A DNA stretch of 64,000 nt, from positions 1-64,000 of the IMG/VR virus record IMGVR_UViG_3300027804_000063. One strand, given 5' to 3'. Below the pieces are notes generated by a model. The model made no database searches and was not told where the DNA came from. It saw nothing but the letters and a program-made list of their open reading frames with translations. Of the stretch, positions 60,956-64,000 are shown one piece after another (position 1 is the stretch's first letter; each line of letters starts with the position of its first letter). A program made the translations under genes and the position numbers. The DNA comes from a virus. Its lineage: Duplodnaviria; Caudoviricetes.

Positions 60956-61483
60956 ATGAGTAATATAACTACAAATACTAAAGAAAGTGGAAATATGGAA
61001 ACATCCCTGATAGCCCTACCAACCGTTAGAAACCTTAAAGAAGCACGATCTGAGTGCCTCTCGTATGATGCCGTTATAACCGCCGGTCCACACAAAGACG
61101 AGGTGCGCGATTTCGGTCACCCATGCCATAAGGTCGTTCAGTTCAGCGACACCATGTTTGAGCAAAATGGCGGACCGACCTATGGAGAAGTGGTTGAACT
61201 TATTGAGTTTGGCACAGGTGTGCCAAAACTACTAGTTCACTGCCATGCGGGTATCTCTAGGTCAACCGCAACAGCGTGGGGAGTGGCGATTGCCAATGGT
61301 TATGACCCACTTGAATCATTCCTACAGTTACAGGAAAACCACCCTATTGAGCATGGGTTGTTTCGTGGCGCGAAACGAACATTCGCACCAAATATTCTTA
61401 TCGTCAAGCATCTTGACAAGTATTTCAATCTGGGTACAACCCTCCTAGAAATACGAAGCAAGCACACCGAGATGGGTTGGTAA
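60956..61483 (+). CDS. protein-tyrosine/dual-specificity phosphatase
   Basis: VHCHAGISRS (CX5R), PN; leaderless ATG. Confidence 0.88.
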   Translation: MSNITTNTKESGNMETSLIALPTVRNLKEARSECLSYDAVITAGPHKDEVRDFGHPCHKVVQFSDTMFEQNGGPTYGEVVELIEFGTGVPKLLVHCHAGISRSTATAWGVAIANGYDPLESFLQLQENHPIEHGLFRGAKRTFAPNILIVKHLDKYFNLGTTLLEIRSKHTEMGW

Positions 61484-61487
61484 GAAA

Positions 61488-62438
61488 ATGCGCATATTTT
61501 GGAACGAAAACTACACGAGCATCAAACACAACTTTGATACTTCGCGCAAATCCAACAACATTATTGAGATGATTCAATCAGATCAAAACGACACCCCTAA
61601 TAGGGTTAAGTTGTTAAAAGATATCCCGAGTGTTCAGATCGTCAACCCTGAGCAAACAACGGATATTTCTATTACTGAACGACTTATTTCCAAATGGCTT
61701 GATTCGGAATATGTTGAAGCATTAAAAACAAACAACAACAGGTACTTGGCTGAAAGTCAAGGTTTCCCGTGGTGCACAAACACATACAAGTTTGCGCGCG
61801 CCCATACACACGGCTTGATCGCGTCAGTTGACGAAATTAAGGCTGGCGCAAAAAGGTGCGGGAGTTTGTCCTCAGGTCTACACCACGCCTCACGAAGCGG
61901 TGGTATGGGGTTCTGTACTATCAACGGGGTTGCGTTGTCTGCCATATATGCGTATGAGCAGGGATTTGAGCCAATTATTCTTGACTTTGATGCCCATTGT
62001 GGTGGCGGAACAATGGATTTCTTGAAGGCATTCAACAGCACATTTCAAACCTCTGAAAAACCAATACGCCACATTGATTTATCAACCAACGGATTTGACT
62101 CATATAACCCAACACAGACAGATCATTGGTCATATCTACACATCCTTGAACGCAACGAAAATTATTTGGAAGCGATCAGCAGGGCGTTGGCGGAAGCCAA
62201 ACCCTTCATTACCGATAAGACTTTGTTTATCTACAACGCAGGCATAGACCCAATAGGATCCCATGGGATAGATGACGATGTCATAGCGGATAGGGAAAGA
62301 ATGGTTTCTAGTTTTATAGGCGACAGTAAGGCTATTTTTGCTTTGGCTGGCGGATATTCTGGTAGAACTGTGTCGCGAGACGATGTCGCACGAACACACC
62401 TCAAAACGATTTACGGTTGGTCATGTCAGACGAAATAG
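61488..62438 (+). CDS. histone-deacetylase-family (class I/II/AcuC-like) protein
   Basis: GLHHA, GFC..N, DFDAHCG.GT, AG.D, GGY. Confidence 0.88.
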   Translation: MRIFWNENYTSIKHNFDTSRKSNNIIEMIQSDQNDTPNRVKLLKDIPSVQIVNPEQTTDISITERLISKWLDSEYVEALKTNNNRYLAESQGFPWCTNTYKFARAHTHGLIASVDEIKAGAKRCGSLSSGLHHASRSGGMGFCTINGVALSAIYAYEQGFEPIILDFDAHCGGGTMDFLKAFNSTFQTSEKPIRHIDLSTNGFDSYNPTQTDHWSYLHILERNENYLEAISRALAEAKPFITDKTLFIYNAGIDPIGSHGIDDDVIADRERMVSSFIGDSKAIFALAGGYSGRTVSRDDVARTHLKTIYGWSCQTK

Positions 62439-62689
62439 AACATGGGCTTTACGCCACATACACCAACATTAAATGCAGATGCGAATTGTGCAGGAAAGCC
62501 GCTGCGGAATATATGCGCAATTACAGGAAAACATCTGTTGGTAAATCGCAAGCGCGTTTTCATCAGGTCGTAGCAAATAAGCGATCACAAATTGCTATTC
62601 AATGGATCAAAGAAAACCATCCTGAGCAGTGGGATAAAATATGTTCACGCGCAATCAAACTCGTCAAAAAACAAGAAAGCGAAGATTAA
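62423..62689 (+). CDS. small Zn-binding protein
   Basis: HG.Y..Y....CRCELC. Confidence 0.65.
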   Translation: MSDEIEHGLYATYTNIKCRCELCRKAAAEYMRNYRKTSVGKSQARFHQVVANKRSQIAIQWIKENHPEQWDKICSRAIKLVKKQESED

Positions 62690-62690
62690 T

Positions 62691-62921
62691 ATGCCCTATG
62701 AAAGAAATGATTTAGAGGCTCGGTTTGATGATTTCGTTGAAGAAACAAATCAAAAAATTAAAGAACTTGAGTCAGTTATTCGCATTCTTCAAAATGAACT
62801 GAGTTTGACCAAAAAAGAAACAACTAAAATCAATATCACAAACCAAGACATAAAGTCATCGCTCGGAGCAACAATCAAAACAGTTGGCGATATTGTCAGA
62901 AAAAATGGATACCGTAAATGA
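62691..62921 (+). CDS. coiled-coil protein
   Basis: heptad repeats. Confidence 0.55.
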   Translation: MPYERNDLEARFDDFVEETNQKIKELESVIRILQNELSLTKKETTKINITNQDIKSSLGATIKTVGDIVRKNGYRK

Positions 62922-63505
62922 GTAAATATCAAGGCTCAAGCAACCAAGAGGCATTCGTTCTAGAACTTCTTGACTATAAAAGAGCAGGCTTCTATGTTGA
63001 ACTTGGGGCTTTCCATTCATCCGAAGGCAGTAATACCAAGATCTTGGAACAAGATTATGGATGGCAAGGTGTTTCCTTTGAGTTGGTTGATGAGCGCCGT
63101 TCCGAGTTCATTGAAAATAGGTTTAATCCATGTATGGGCGATGCTCTAAATTTTGATTATTTAGGCTACTTCCGCGACAATTTTTTCCCTAAGCAAATTG
63201 ATTATCTACAGGTAGACATAGATACGGGATATGACAGGGCGACAAGACCTAACGGAAATCACTACACAACCCTTCTAGGTTTGATTACCGTTCCGCTAAC
63301 CCAATATAGGTTTTCAATTATCACCTTTGAGCATGATGCAAACATGTACTTCCGCAACACTGGTCAAAGAGATGCGCAACGAGAAATCCTTGACTGCCTC
63401 GGCTATACATTGGTGGTGAGAACTATTCATGAAGATTGGTGGGTTGACCCAACAGTCATTAGCCCTGATGTCTATAAAAAGCACATGAGATGGGAAACCC
63501 TTTAG
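62918..63505 (+). CDS. FkbM-like methyltransferase
   Basis: FYVELGA, SNT..LE...WQG..FE, IDYLQVDID, ITFEH. Confidence 0.82.
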   Translation: MSKYQGSSNQEAFVLELLDYKRAGFYVELGAFHSSEGSNTKILEQDYGWQGVSFELVDERRSEFIENRFNPCMGDALNFDYLGYFRDNFFPKQIDYLQVDIDTGYDRATRPNGNHYTTLLGLITVPLTQYRFSIITFEHDANMYFRNTGQRDAQREILDCLGYTLVVRTIHEDWWVDPTVISPDVYKKHMRWETL

Positions 63506-64000
63506 TGGGTAGCAAAAAATTTTATCCGTTTGTTTATCTGACAGATTTCCTGCCAAAAACAGACCACGAAACGCTTCTGAATCAAGCACTACAAAGCGAA
63601 GGTAGTTCTGATCCGCAAACCACTCATTTGATAAATCTAAGAAACTTGAACACATGGTCTGTGCGTGAGAAAATAATTGAAATATATCCACGCCATTTCG
63701 GTGAAAAATTACTCAAGATAAAAGGCGGTAATGTTCTTGCGTTTTACGATCAAAGAGGCATGGATTATCATCAAGATTCGGTGCCGAATAAAGATTATCC
63801 TGATGATCCAGAAGTTGGTTTTCCGCCCAACGCATCAGCCGTGTTTTACCTTAATGACAACTACGAAGGTGGGGAAGTCTGTTTTTCAACCTCTCAGCCG
63901 TCTGAACCACAGCCACGAATCGGCGACGCGAACATTACGCATTTGATTACTATAAAACCAAAAGCGAATTCATGTCTGTTTTTTGACGCCGACATATGGC
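63490..64000 (+). CDS. 2OG-Fe(II) oxygenase, truncated by window end
   Basis: open frame from ATG 63490 or GTG 63505 with YHQD and YLNDNYEGGEV; absent from ORF track because there is no stop. Confidence 0.82.
   Translation, partial: MGNPLVGSKKFYPFVYLTDFLPKTDHETLLNQALQSEGSSDPQTTHLINLRNLNTWSVREKIIEIYPRHFGEKLLKIKGGNVLAFYDQRGMDYHQDSVPNKDYPDDPEVGFPPNASAVFYLNDNYEGGEVCFSTSQPSEPQPRIGDANITHLITIKPKANSCLFFDADIW

Noticed and set aside
63731-63946. 71-aa ORF from the track
   Set aside because: Wrong frame; the overlapping frame encodes a clear 2OG-Fe(II) oxygenase running off the window.
1-64000. DGR, retron, integrase or IS element
   Set aside because: No reverse transcriptase, recombinase or transposase motifs, and no TR/VR pair with adenine-only mismatches was seen.

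Overview
This window is best read as 64 kb of a large tailed dsDNA phage genome, not a bacterial chromosome. It has densely packed, often overlapping small genes, a primase-helicase, SSB, RuvC-like resolvase, SNF2 helicase, class II ribonucleotide reductase, three orphan DNA methyltransferases and a terminase-small-subunit-like HTH. Two WhiB genes, an actinobacterial-type ferredoxin, a proteasome-beta-like peptidase and several apparently leaderless genes point to an actinobacterial host; that is inference. No capsid, portal or tail module is recognisable. Auxiliary enzymes are abundant: five 2OG-Fe(II) oxygenases, an AurF-like diiron protein, two SDRs, a GT60-like glycosyltransferase, an HDAC-family deacetylase and a CX5R phosphatase. 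The most striking signals are non-coding. (1) A 12-31 kb region of tiny, mostly leftward genes is organised by interleaved repeat families: 10 co-oriented CGCCACCGTT boxes, 9 AGYCCCG-N-CGGGRCT dyads with fixed 15-16 nt spacing, and 14 promoters with a TGYNACACC element 6 nt upstream of a TANNNT -10. Box and dyad combine into a module repeated five times. (2) Two sharp AC-to-GT strand-skew switches lie at about 11.0 and 41.35 kb with replication-origin polarity, and the first falls inside a gene. (3) A 76-nt tRNA-Ile(UAU)-like gene lacks a conventional D-arm. All product calls come from motif recognition by eye; no database searches were run.
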